A stretch of DNA of 64,000 nucleotides, taken from assembly GCF_004010195.1 (NCBI RefSeq), contig NC_057720.1, positions 1,190,706-1,254,705 on the forward strand, read 5' to 3'. Origin of the DNA: Chiloscyllium plagiosum. Its lineage: Eukaryota. Of this stretch, positions 51,910 to 63,445 are shown in pieces. A program made the translations under genes and the position numbers. The notes under the pieces are model-generated. The model saw only the letters and a list, made by a program, of their open reading frames with translations. It did not search any database and was not told the origin of the DNA. Position 1 is the first letter of the stretch, and each line of letters opens with the position of its first letter.

Positions 51910-54730
51910 ACAGTGCAGAACAGGCCCTTCGGCCCTCGATGTTGCGCCGACCTGTGAACTAATCTAAGCCCATCCCCCTACACTATCCAATCATCATCCA
52001 TGTGCTTATCTAAGGATTGTTTATATCTCCCTAATGTGGCTGAGTTAACTACATTAGCAGGTAGGGCATTCCACGCCCTTACCACTCTGAGTAAAGAACC
52101 TGCCTCTGACATCTGTCTTAAATCTATCACCCCTTAATTTGTAGTTATGCCCCCTCGTACAAGCTGAAGTCATCATCCTAGGAAAAAGACGTTCACTGTC
52201 TACCCTATCTCATCCTCTGATCATCTTGTATGTCTCTATCAAATCTCCTCTTAGCTGCCTTCTTTCCAACAAAGACAGCCCCAAATCCCTCAGCCTTTCC
52301 TCATAAGACCTTCCCTCCAGACCAGGCAACATCCTGGTAAATCTCCTCTGCATCGTTTCCAATGCTTCCACATCCTTCCTGTAACGGGGCGACCAGAACT
52401 GTACACAATATTCCAAGTGTGGCCACACCTGCGTTTTGTATAGTTACAGCATGACATCATGGCTCTGGAAATCAATCCATCCACCAATGAAACCTAACAC
52501 ACCGTGTGCCTTCTGAACAGTGCTGCCCACCTGGGTGGCAACTTTCAGGGATCTATGTACATGGACTCCAAAATCCCTCTGCACATCCAGACTATCATGA
52601 AGCTTTCCATTGACCCAGTACTCTGCCTTCCTGTTATTCTTCCCAAAGTGCATTAGCTCACATTTAGCTGCATTGAACTCCATTTGCCACCTTTCAGCCC
52701 AATTCTGCAGTTTATCCAAGTCCCCCTGCAACCTGTAACATTCTTTCACACTGTCCACTACTCCACCAATGTTAGTGTCATCTGCAAAACTACTAACCCA
52801 TCCACTTATGCCTGCGTCTAAGTCGTTTATAAAATTAACAAACAGCAATGGTCCTAAAACAGATCCTTGGGGCACACCACTAGTAACCGGACTCCAGGCT
52901 GAATATTGCTGAAAATGTGTTGCTGGAAAAGCACAGCAGGTCAGGCAGCATCCAAGGAACAGGAGAATCGATGTTTCGGGCATAAGCCCTTCTTCAGGGC
53001 TCACTTTCTCCTCCAGGCTGAATATTTCCCATCAACCATCACTCGCTGCCTTTTTTCAGAAAGCCAGTTTCTAATCCAGACTGCCAAATCACCCTCAATC
53101 CCATGCCTCTGCATTTTCTCCAACAGCCTACCATGTGGAACCTTATCATCGACATTGCTGAAGTCCATGTACACCACGTTAACTGCCCTATCCTCATCTA
53201 CATGCTTGGTCACCTTCTCAATGAAGTTTGTGAGACATCACCTGCCCTTGATGAATCCATGTTGACTGTCTCCAATTAAATTGTTGCTTGTGAGATGATT
53301 ATAAGTCCTACCTCTTATAATCCTTTCCAAAACTTTTCCTACAACCGATGTAAGGCTCACTGGTCTATAATTACCTGGGTCATCTCTGCTGCCCTTCTTG
53401 AACAAGGGCACAACATTTGCAATCCTCCAGTCCTCTGGTACCAGACCTGGAGACAATGACGACTCAAAGATCAAGGCCAAAGGCTCTAACACTTCCTCCC
53501 TAGCTTCCCAGAGAATTCTCAGATAAATCCCAGGGGATGTATCTACTTTCACACCTTTGAGAATTGATAACACCTCCTGCTTACGAACCTCAATCCGTTC
53601 AAGTCTAATAGCCCGTATCTCAGTTTTCACCTCTACAATATTCTCCATTTCCTGAGTGAAAACACTTCAGAAATGTTCATTTAGCACCTCCCCGATCTCC
53701 ACAGGGTCCACACACAACTTCCCACTTCTGTCTTTGACTGGCCCTATTCCTACCCTCGTCATCCTTTTATTCCTCACATACCTATAGAAAGCTTTAGGGT
53801 TCTCCTTTATTCTACCGGCTAAAGACTGCTCATGTCCCCTCCTTGCTCTTCTTAACTCTCTCTTTAAATCCTTTCTCGCTAATCTGTAACTCTCCATCAC
53901 TTCATCTGAACCATCTCACCTCAACGTCACATAAGCATCCCTCTTTCGCTTAATAAGTGATACAATTTCTGTAGCAAACCACGGTTCCGTTATCTTATCA
54001 CTTCCTCCCTGCCTGACAGGGACATACCTATCAAGGACATGCAATATCTGATCCTTAAACCAGCTCCAATATTTTGATTGTTCCCATCCCCTGTATTTTG
54101 CTAACCCATTCTATGCCTCCTAAGTCTTGCCTAATCACATTACAATTTCCCTTGCCCCATCGATAGTTCTTGCCCTGTACTTATCCCTTTCTATCACTAA
54201 ACTAAATGTAACAAACTTACGGTCACTGTCTCCAAAATGCTCACCCACCACTAAGTCAAACACCTGGCCTGGTTCATTACCAAGTACCAGATCCAGTGTG
54301 CCCTCCCCCCTTGTCGGCCCTTCGACATACTGTGTGAGGAAACCCTCCTGCACACATTGGACAAAAACTGATCCATCCAACATACTGGAGTTATAGCATT
54401 TCCAGTCAATGTCGGGGAAGTTAAAGTCACCCATAACGAACACACTGTTCCTTTCACTCCTGCCCAGAATCGATTTGCTAATCCTCTCTTCCACCTCCCT
54501 GGAACTCTGCGGGGGCTGATAAAAAACTCCCAGCAGTGTGACCTCTCCTGTCCTGTTTCTAAACTCAGCCCATACCACCTCAGTAGACGAATCCTCGTCA
54601 ACGAGTCTTTCAACCACCGGTATACTATCCTTGACTAACAAGACCACACCTCCCCCTCTTTTACCGCCTTGCCTGTTCTTAATGAAAGATCTAAATCCTG
54701 GAACCTGCAACATCCATTCCTCACCCTGCT
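51910..54730 (-). mobile_element. Second CR1 (APE to 3' end) nested inside a SINE inside the first CR1
   Basis: GKRGGGVVLLVK, MGDFNFP, NYRPVSLTSVVGK, FADDT and WPHLEYCVQFWSP motifs. Confidence 0.9.
52908..53010 (-). mobile_element. Mini Penelope-derived insertion with hammerhead motif and 16-bp TSD
   Basis: TSD ctccaggctgaatatt at 52892-52907 and 53011-53026; minus strand CUGAAGA-A-GGGC(UUAU)GCCC-GAAAC-AUC. Confidence 0.85.
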
Positions 54731-54940
54731 GACTAATGCACCTGACAAGATTGGTAATTTATTATGGTCAATTCACCGAACCTGCACATCTTTGGACTGT
54801 GGGATGAAACTGGAAAACCTGGAGGAAACCCACGCAGACACGGGGAGAATGTGCAAACTCCACACAGACAGTCGCCTGAGGCGGGAATCAAACCCGGGTC
54901 TCTGGTGCTGTGAGGCAGCAGTGCTAACCACTGAGCCACT
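54730..54940 (-). mobile_element. HE1/V-SINE-type SINE 5' part (tail displaced to ~51890-51930)
   Basis: TGGCTCAGTGGTTAGCACTG head and V-domain. Confidence 0.88.
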
Positions 54941-57900
54941 CTCCCACTCCAATGTTCACATCCAAATCATTTATGTAAATAGTGAAAAGTAGAGGACCCA
55001 GCACCGATCCTTATGGTGCTCTACTGGTCACAGGTCTTCAGTCTGAAAAGCAACCCTCCACCACCCTCTGTCTTCTACCTTTGAGCCAGTTCTGTATCCA
55101 AATGGCTGGCTCTCCTTGTATTCCGTGAGATCTAACCTTGCTAACCAGTGTCCCAAGGAGAACCTTGTTGAATGCCTTACTGAAGCCCATATAGATCACA
55201 TCTACCGCTCTGCCCTCATCAATCATCATTGTTACTTCTTCCAAAAACTCTATCAAGTTTGTGAGAAATGATTTCCCACGCATAAAGCCATGTTCACTAT
55301 CCCTAATCAGTCCTTGCCTTTCCAAGTACGTATACATCCTATTCCTCAGGATTCCCTCCAACAACTTGCCCACCGCCGAGGTCAGGTTCACAGGTCTATA
55401 GTTCCCTGGCTTGTCCTTACCATCTTTCTTAAACAGTGGCACCATGTTTGCCAATCTCCAGTCTTCCGGCACCTCACCTGTGACTATCGATGATACAAAT
55501 ATCTCAGCAAGGGTCCCAGCAAACACATCCCTCACTTCCCACAGAGTTCCAGGGTACACCTGATCAAGTCCTGGGGATTTATCCACTTTTATGCATTTCA
55601 AGACATCCAGCACTTCCTCCTCTGTAATATGGACATTTTTAAAGATGTCACCATCTATTTCCCTACAGTCTATATCTTCCGTGTCCTTCTCCACAGTAAA
55701 TACTGATGCAAAATACTCGTCCAGTATCTTCCCCATCTCCTGTGGCTCCACACAAAGGCCGCCTTGCTGATCTTTGAGGGACCCTATTCTCTCCCTAGTT
55801 ACCCTTTTGTCCTTAAATGCATTTGTAAAACACTTTGGATTCTCCTTAATTCAATCTGCCAAAGCAATCTCATGACCCCTTTTTGCCCTCCCGATTTCTC
55901 TCAAGTATACCCCTACTTCCTTTATACTCTACTAAGGATTCACTCGATCTATCCTGTCTATATCTGACATATGCTTCCTTTCTTTTCTTAACCAAACCCT
56001 CAATTTCTTTAGTCATCCAGCATTCCCTATACCTACCAGCCTTTCCTTTCACCCTGACAGGAATATACTTTCTCTGGATTCTTGGTATCCCATTTCTGAC
56101 AGCTTCCCATTTTCCAGCTGTCCCTTTACCTGCAAACATCTGTGCCCAATCAGCTTTTGAATGTTCTTGCCTAATACCGTCAAAAGTGGCCTTTCTCCAA
56201 TTTAAGGAAACTTCAACTTTCGATCTGGTCTATCCTTTTCCATCACTATTTCAAATCTAATAGAATTATGGTCGCTGGCCCCAAAGTGCTCCCCCACTGA
56301 CACCTCAGTCACCTGCCCTGACTTATGTCCCAAGACTAGGTCAGGTTTTCCACCTTCTCTAGTAGGTACATCCACATACTGAATCAGAAAATGTTCTTGT
56401 ACACACTTAACAAATTCCTCTCCCTCTAAACCTTTAACACAATGGCAGTCCCAGTCTATGTTTGGAAAGTTAAAATCCCCTACCATAACCACCCTATTAT
56501 TCTTACAGATAACTGAGATCTCCTTACAAATTTGTCTCTCAATCTCCCTCTGACTATTCGGGGGTCTATAATACAACCCCAATATGTTGATCATCCTTTC
56601 TTATTTCTCAGTTCCACCCAAATAACTTCCCTGGATGTATTTCCAGGAATAGCCTCCCTCAGTACAGCTGTAATGCTATCCCTTATCAAAAACACCACTC
56701 CCCCTCCTCTCTCGCCTCCCTTTCTGTCCTTCCTGTAGCATTTGTATCCTGGAACATTAAGCTGCCAGTCCTGTCCATCCCTGAGCCATGTTTCTGAAAT
56801 TGCTATGATATCCCAGTCCCATGTTCCTAACCATGCCCTGAATTCATCTGCCTTCCCTGTTAGGCCCCTTGCATTGAAATAAATGCAGTCTAACCTATCA
56901 GTGCTACCTTGTTCTCTGCTTTGCCCCTGCCTGCCCTGACTGTTTGACTCGCTTTTGTTCTCAAGTGTATCAGTCTCAGAGTGAAATCTTTCCTCACTAT
57001 CTCCCTCGGTCCCACCCACCCCCACTTGAGCAGCTCCAGCAAATTTCCCTGCCAGTATATTAGTCCCCTTCCAATTCAGGTGCAATCCGTCTTTCTTGCA
57101 CAGAACACTTCTACCCCAAAATGGCTTCCAATGGTCCAATAATGAGAATCCTTCTCCCATACACCAGCTCGTTAGCCATGCATTCATCTGCTCTATCCTC
57201 GTATTCCTGCCCTCACTAGCTTGTAGCACCGGGAGTAATCCAGATATTACTACTCTCAAGGACCTCCCTTTTAAATTCCTGCCTAACTCTCTGTAATCAC
57301 CCTTCCAATGTCATTGGTTCCAATGTGGACAATGACTTGTTGCTGGGCCTTCTTCCCCCGTGAGAACATTCTGCACCCTCTCCGAGACATCCTTGATCCT
57401 GATGCCAGGGAAGCAACGCACCATTCTGATTTTTCTCTGCTGGCCACAGAAACGTCTCTCTGTACCTCAGACTAGAGAGTCCCCTAACACAATCGATCGC
57501 TTGGAACCCAACGTACCCCTCACTATATTAGACCCAGTCTCAATACCAGAAACTTGGCTGTTCGTGCTACGTTCCCCTGAGAATCTATCACCCTCTAAAT
57601 TTTCCAAAACAGCAATACCTGTTTGAAATGGGGATAGCCACAGAAGACTCATGCACTGCCTGCCTACCTCTCTTACCTTCCCTGGAGTTAACCCATCTAT
57701 GTGACTGTATCTAAAATTTCCCCCCTTCCTATAATTGCCATCCATCACATCCCCTTGCTCTTGTAAATTCCTCATTGCCTTTAACTGTCTCTCCAATTGA
57801 TCCATTCAATCTGATAGAATTCGGAACCAATAGCATTTATTGCAGATATAATCCTCAGTAACACAGAAATTCTCCATAAACTCCCACATCCGACACGAAG

Positions 57901-58652
57901 AGCATATCACTCTACTAAAGGCCATGTTTGCTTCTTCCAGTCTACAGACCCAGAAAATAGCACTGTCTTATTCCTTTACAAAACACTGCTCCAGGACAAC
58001 TTAATACATATGGCTTAAGAGACATATCTCAATAAAACATATAATTAATAAATAACCCATTAAACTCAGTATTGTAGATTTACAGCAAGGCTATTGTTAA
58101 AACTATTCACTTATCTGTTCCTGTGCTGTGACCTCTCCCAAACGGATTCCTCCAAAATCAGTTGTGAATTTTGCTGTTTGTTAAGTTTTCCCAAACACAC
58201 TCTGATGTCCAGAGTTACATGAATTCAAACAGCAAAGGCAGTAACTGTGCAGATTCATTGCTGTGTCAGTTAGCAGTGTGGGTTTCTTTTTTTTTCTCTC
58301 TCTCTCTCTCTCTCTCCTGCACAGATCATGTGCTTCCTTTGTCCGTGCCTCTCCCTTTTAAAACTGCTGCTGTTTTGCCATTTTTTTCCAAGCTTCCAAA
58401 ACCATGCAGTAGCATATGAAACAGTAATTGCTGCTTCTGGAATTCAAGGAAATCACCTCCAGCACCTAAAATACCTCAAAAAAGGAGCAGCTCTTACAGC
58501 CAGAAATTTTTCCCATCCTCCATCTCGATCTTCCTGAAAAAGGTCCAGGTACCTGGTTAGGATTTCACTCAGGTGGGCATTTTTTAATCAAAAAGTGTTG
58601 ACCCCATCTCAGTGAATCTTTCACAACCAATCTAGTCCGCATCAGGCTTGAG

Positions 58653-58876
58653 GTTGAAACTTTATTGCTGGAACAGCACAGCAGGTCAGGCAGCATCCAG
58701 GGAACAGGAGATTCGACGTTTCGGGCACAGGCCCTTCTTCAGGAATCATTCCTGAAGAAGGGCCTGTGCCCGAAACGTCGAATCTCCTGTTCCCTGGATG
58801 CTGCCTGACCTGCTGTGCTGTTCCAGCAATAAAGTTTCAACTTTGATCTCCAGCATCTGCAGACCTCACTTTCTCC
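58653..58876. mobile_element. Penelope-derived palindromic mini-element (94-bp perfect arms) with 13-bp TSD
   Basis: 58653-58746 is the exact reverse complement of 58748-58841; TSD catcaggcttgag at 58640-58652 and 58877-58889. Confidence 0.92.
58748..58783 (+). ncRNA. Minimal type I hammerhead ribozyme motif, intact core (mirror copy 58711-58746 on minus)
   Basis: Stem I AUUC/GAAU, core CUGAAGA(+A), stem II GGGC-CUGU-GCCC, GAAAC-GUC with predicted cleavage after C58779; loopless palindromic stem III (ACGU). Confidence 0.72.
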
Positions 58877-59164
58877 CATCAGGCTTGAGCCCAACTCGTT
58901 TACTGCAATCACTGGGAACTGAACCAATTGCTTCTCATATGAGAACAGAACTGAAGTTGTTCCCTTCATCTGTAAAGGTTCCCTGGTCTAGGTTCTGTCT
59001 TGTGACTTCTTGAAGAAATTAACAGTTGGAATCAGAGCAAATTTTGTCAAAGACTGGTTCTCCAATCACTGATACAGCTGTACCAGTATCGACCTCCATT
59101 AGAACCAGGTGACCATTTAATCAGATGTTTATTTTGATTGGTTCTGGTTTAACTGAACAATTTA

Positions 59165-59282
59165 ACTGAAGAAAGATTCCACCCGAAACATCGAATTCTC
59201 CTCCTGATGCTGCCTGCCTTGCTGTGTTCCCCCAGCCTCCTGCCTGTCTCCTTTGGATTCCAGCGTCTGCAGTTTTTTTTCG
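59165..59282 (+). mobile_element. Penelope-type terminal fragment (third family) with degenerate hammerhead core
   Basis: ctgaagaaagattccacccgaaacatc...gatgctgcctg...ggattccagcgtctgcagttttt. Confidence 0.6.
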
Positions 59283-60210
59283 CTAAACGATGTAACTGTT
59301 CCAAACCAGGTGGGGGTGGGTTTCCAGGGCGTGCACTCCCCTGGATACCGGCCTGTGAGTTCTTTTACTCAGTTCAGGCCTAGTGAGACTCTTTTGTTGT
59401 CCTGAGTCCACAGATCGGCAGCAACTACAGTAGCTTGCTGGCCTGGATCCTGAAGAAGCTTTTAACCGTTTGGCCGAAGTTTGGCCTGGTTTTGGGGTTT
59501 TGCTGTGGGCTGACCGAGAGTCCCTCTGTTCAGGATTTGTCCTGAGTGAGGCTGTGCGGTTGCCTTCCCTCAAGTGGTGTTCCTCAAGCTGTGGGACTGG
59601 TGAAGGTGTCCACGTCCATCGGAGTACCCTGTAACTCATGCTCCACTTGCTGCATTGTCCAATGATAAAGCCAGTTGTACTGCCTGCTTGAAGTTCAGTT
59701 GGGTTTCTGCCAGGAGGCGCATTTGCACCGTTACCTCATTAATCCCCCATACCAGTTTCTCAGAATCTCATTAAGGGTGAAACCAAAGTCACATGTTTCT
59801 ATCAGTCATCCTAACCGCGTCAAAAATCCCAGAACGGATTCCCCTGGTTCTCGAATTGCTGAATAAACCCGTTAGCATCTCAGAATTGGAGGAGGCTTGG
59901 GTTGTAATATTCCCTAACTAAATCTGTCAATTCTTGAAACGATTTAGTATCTGGTGCCTCAGGGAGAGTCAGGCTCCTAATAACCGAGAAAGCTGCAGCT
60001 CCGAACACTGACAGCAGAATTACACCTTGTTTTTCATCTGCTCTGGTGTCATTTGCCCAGAAAAGATATTGCATTCTTTCCACAGACTGGGCCCAGTGTT
60101 TGAACCAGTCCAGTTTCCAAAATAACAGCTTGATGACAGAAATGCCTATCCCAACTCCAAGACTGTTGTGAGTGAATTTCTTCAGGAGTGTGTTTTTTTC
60201 TCATTGCCAC

Positions 60211-60431
60211 TGAAATAACTCCACTGAGAATGGGGTCCTGTCACCACGTCCCCCTTTATTTACACGTGGAGGGTCCTTGACACTGACCCAGCTCTCAGAG
60301 TGAACAGAACCTCAGACACTCCTGTCTATCTCTGTCAGCCAGGACTCCCCGATTGGACCAGGTTAACAACCCCAATTGGTGAGCTCATACTCTGTGAGCT
60401 CCACCTGGCTGACCTCATTACAATCACTACA
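60211..60431 (-). mobile_element. 5' LTR of the Gypsy-type element (221 bp)
   Basis: Minus strand begins TGTAGTGA, ends ATTTCA, contains AATAAA and is followed after 1 nt by the TGG PBS. Confidence 0.75.
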
Positions 60432-61224
60432 CACATTGAAAGTATCAAATCCATCAAATACATTTTTGGCCCTCTATCAGATTATCTCTTGCCTTTTCCT
60501 TTATCGAGAAAGGACGTTTGGCCTGTTCAGTCTCTCTTGATAGTAATGACTGATGACTGGCATCATCCTTATCTGTCTTCTCCAGTATCTCAATAGCCTT
60601 TATGGTAAGTGTACTCAGTAACTCCAAGTGTAGTCCAACCCAGGTCTGAGACAAGTTTAAGTAACAATTATACAATTGTGCGTCTGTTGTCAGGACAACG
60701 TCAATGGAGATGGGAGAAGGATTATCGTAAAAACTAAGATTTGTGGAAGAATTACTGTATGTTTTTGTGAGCAAATTACTGGACACTCTTTGTAGGTACT
60801 GTGTATACAGCTGCTGCTTTAGGCAGCACAAGAAGAAGGTGCACATGATCTGGAGCCAACAGATGTGTGTACAAATGTCTTTCAGCCAGTAACAAGTAGC
60901 TGATTGATCTGTGGATTAGTGACCAGTCATCAATGCCAAAGACCCACTGCCTGCCAACAGCTGTGTGATTGGTTCTCAGGGAACTAAACATCTTGGTGCT
61001 GGGAACAAGACGAAGAGAAGACCTTCAGACCTCCACTGGCTCAACAGCTCTCTGTTCTCTGCAGTAAAAGCTACTTTAAACCTGAAGAACAGCATTTTCT
61101 TTCCTTCAGCAGTTGCCATTAGTTGTGGCTTTTAATTAAAATGACAGAGACATTTTAGAATTGTGAACCAGTTGCTCTTATACAAACCACTGAAAGGATA
61201 CAGAGAAAGGAGATTGAGAAACAA

Positions 61225-61570
61225 TGCTTTGGATAGTGTCAATGCACCCAGTCTTTTTCCCAGGGTTAGGGATTCGAGGACTAGAGGGCATCAGTTTAAG
61301 GTTAGAGGGGCAAGAATAAAAGGGAACCTGAGGGGCAACTTTATTTACCCAGAGGGTGGTACGCATATGGGATGAGCTGCCAGCGGAAGTGGTTGAGGCG
61401 GGTACATTAACAACATTTAAAAGGCATTTGGACAAGTACATGGATAGGAAAGGATTGGACGGATATGGCCAAGTGCAGGGAAATGGGGTCAGAGTGGATG
61501 GAAAGTTTGGTCGGCATGGACCAGTTTGTACCCAAGGGCCTGTCTCCATGCTGTAGGACTTTCTGACACT
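61225..61570 (+). mobile_element. CR1 3' fragment (same subfamily as 6095-6490)
   Basis: Near-identical to 6150-6490. Confidence 0.88.
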
Positions 61571-61744
61571 CTCAACACAATCACCGTCACAGCAGATCCT
61601 GTAAATTGGAACTACTTTCCCTCCACCCATGACACCCACGCCATTTTCCCTATCTGATAGGATTTTTCCTATCATAAGGGGGGAGCATAGAAGGTGTTAG
61701 AATTAGAACCCGTAAAATTATAGCCAATGGTTCACTTGGGCATT

Positions 61745-62602
61745 ATGTTATGGCTATACAAGATATTTGTAAGGCTATATTTGGAGTACTGCATGCAATT
61801 CTGGTTGCCCTGCTATAGGGAGGATGTTATTAAACTGGAAAGGATACCCAAAAGATTTAGAAGGGTATTACTGAGACTGGAAGGGTTGAATTAGAAGAGG
61901 AGGCTGGATAGGCTGGAACATTTTTTCCTGTACTGCAGGAGGCTGAAGGATAACCTTACAGAGGTTTATAAAATCATGAGGGGCATAGATAAGGTGAACA
62001 GCCAAGGTATTTTCCCTAGGGAAGGGGAGTCCAGAACTAGAGGACATAGGTTTAGGGTGAGAGGAGAAAGATTAGATTCCCTACAGTGTGGAAACTGGTC
62101 ATTCATCCCAATGAGTCCACACCGACCCTCTGAAGAGTAACCCCACCTAGACCCGTTTTCCTCTGACTAATGCACTTAGCACTATGGGCAATTTAGCATG
62201 ACCAATCCACCTAACCTGCACATCTTTGGATTGTGGGAGGAAACCGGAGCACCCAGAGGAAACCCACACAGACAGTCACCCAAGGCTGGAATTGAACCTG
62301 GGACCCTGGTGCTGTGAGGCACCAGTGCTAACCACTGAGTCACCATGTGAAAGATATAAAAGCCATCTGAGGGGCAATTTTCTCACACAGCGGATGGTGT
62401 ATGTGTATGGAATGAGCTGATGAGGAAGTGGTGGAGGCTGGTACAATTACAACATTTCAAAACTATTTGGACAGGTACATGAATATGAAAGGTTTAGAGG
62501 GCTATGAGTCAAACCCAGGCAAATGGGACTAGTTGAGTTTAGGAAATCTGGTCAGCATGGACAGATTGGGCTGAAGGGTCTCTTTCCTTGCTTATGACTC
62601 TG
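61745..62602 (+). mobile_element. CR1 3' fragment interrupted by a HE1-type SINE (62071-62347, minus)
   Basis: LEYCMQFW...YKIMRGIDKV; SINE flanked by gaaagat repeats. Confidence 0.85.
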
Positions 62603-62881
62603 AGCAGCTCAAGTCTAGTTACTTGAAATGAATAGTAATCCTTGTTAAATATATGGCCCAGGCTTTCTATGCTTTCTGGGACTGAAAATAGGGTAAATTT
62701 GGAAATTCTGCTTACTTTATAACATCTTTAACTTTACTGATTATTCTGGATACAGTTGGATTTGAGTTCCAGCTCTGTACCCCAGTGAGGTATGACCCAG
62801 TATAACCAGGTCAAACTTCCTTCAATTTTCTGACTTCATCTGGTAGAGGCTGCACACTGAACTGGTCAGTTCACTTGTTAC

Positions 62882-62980
62882 CTGCTCATGACCATAATAA
62901 GTGGCGATATGTAAAGGTGTGAAGAAGACAGCATCCTGGACATTGACAAAGGCTCCATGTTGTAATAGGATGTCAACTGT
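62882..62980 (-). CDS. TNNI3K: TNNI3K internal coding exon, ankyrin repeat (99 nt; probably human exon 6 equivalent)
   Basis: Encodes [33 protein letters not shown]. Acceptor ttttccacag, donor GTAACA, phase 0/0. Matches recalled TNNI3K sequence. Confidence 0.95.
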
Positions 62981-63234
62981 CTGTGGAAAACAACCAGAGA
63001 GCGTTAGAAGGGGAGACCAGCAAAGAAACACAACTGTGCAATTAAACAGTGTGAGCAAATCTAGAATGCGTTATTATTTTTTGAATCATTCGTGGGATCT
63101 GTGAGTAAAGGCAGCAGTAAGCTGTCAGAGAAGGGAATCTGTCTTCATGACCTGGGCTGGTCTACATGTGACACCAGACCCACAGCAATGTGGTGGCTTT
63201 AAACTGCCCTCTGAACTGATACATTCTAACATAT

Positions 63235-63445
63235 AGAGGTAAAAACAATGACTGCAGATGCTGGAAACCAGATTCTGGATTAGTGGTGCTGGAAGAGCAC
63301 AGCAATTCAGGCAGCATCCAACGAGCAGTGAAATCGACGTTTCGGGCAAAAGCCCTTCAGCAGGAATGCCCGAAACGTCAATTTCGAAGCTCCTTGGATG
63401 CTGCTTGAACTGCTGTGCTCTTCCAGCACCACTGATCCAGAATCT
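63235..63445. mobile_element. Penelope-derived inverted mini-element with TSD
   Basis: Imperfect inverted arms around 63365; TSD tctaacatat at 63225-63234 and 63443-63452; hammerhead core CUGCUGA (A6 changed). Confidence 0.85.

Larger units (their letters stand above)
50836..58530 (-). mobile_element. Near full-length CR1 LINE (5' UTR, ORF1 esterase, APE, RT, tail) with nested insertions
   Basis: ORF1 SIVLGDSLV, VVISGLLP, DGLHLNWKG; APE CIYFNARGL, VGDFNFP, SDHN; RT split between 54945 and 51885; tail (ctatgact)n. Confidence 0.92.
58531..60210 (-). mobile_element. Gypsy-type LTR retrotransposon 5' part (PBS, gag, aspartic protease)
   Basis: PBS-like TGGCAATGAG at 60209; gag ERMQYLFWAN...ILLSVFG; protease LMEVDTGTAVSVI near 59085. 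Confidence 0.85.
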
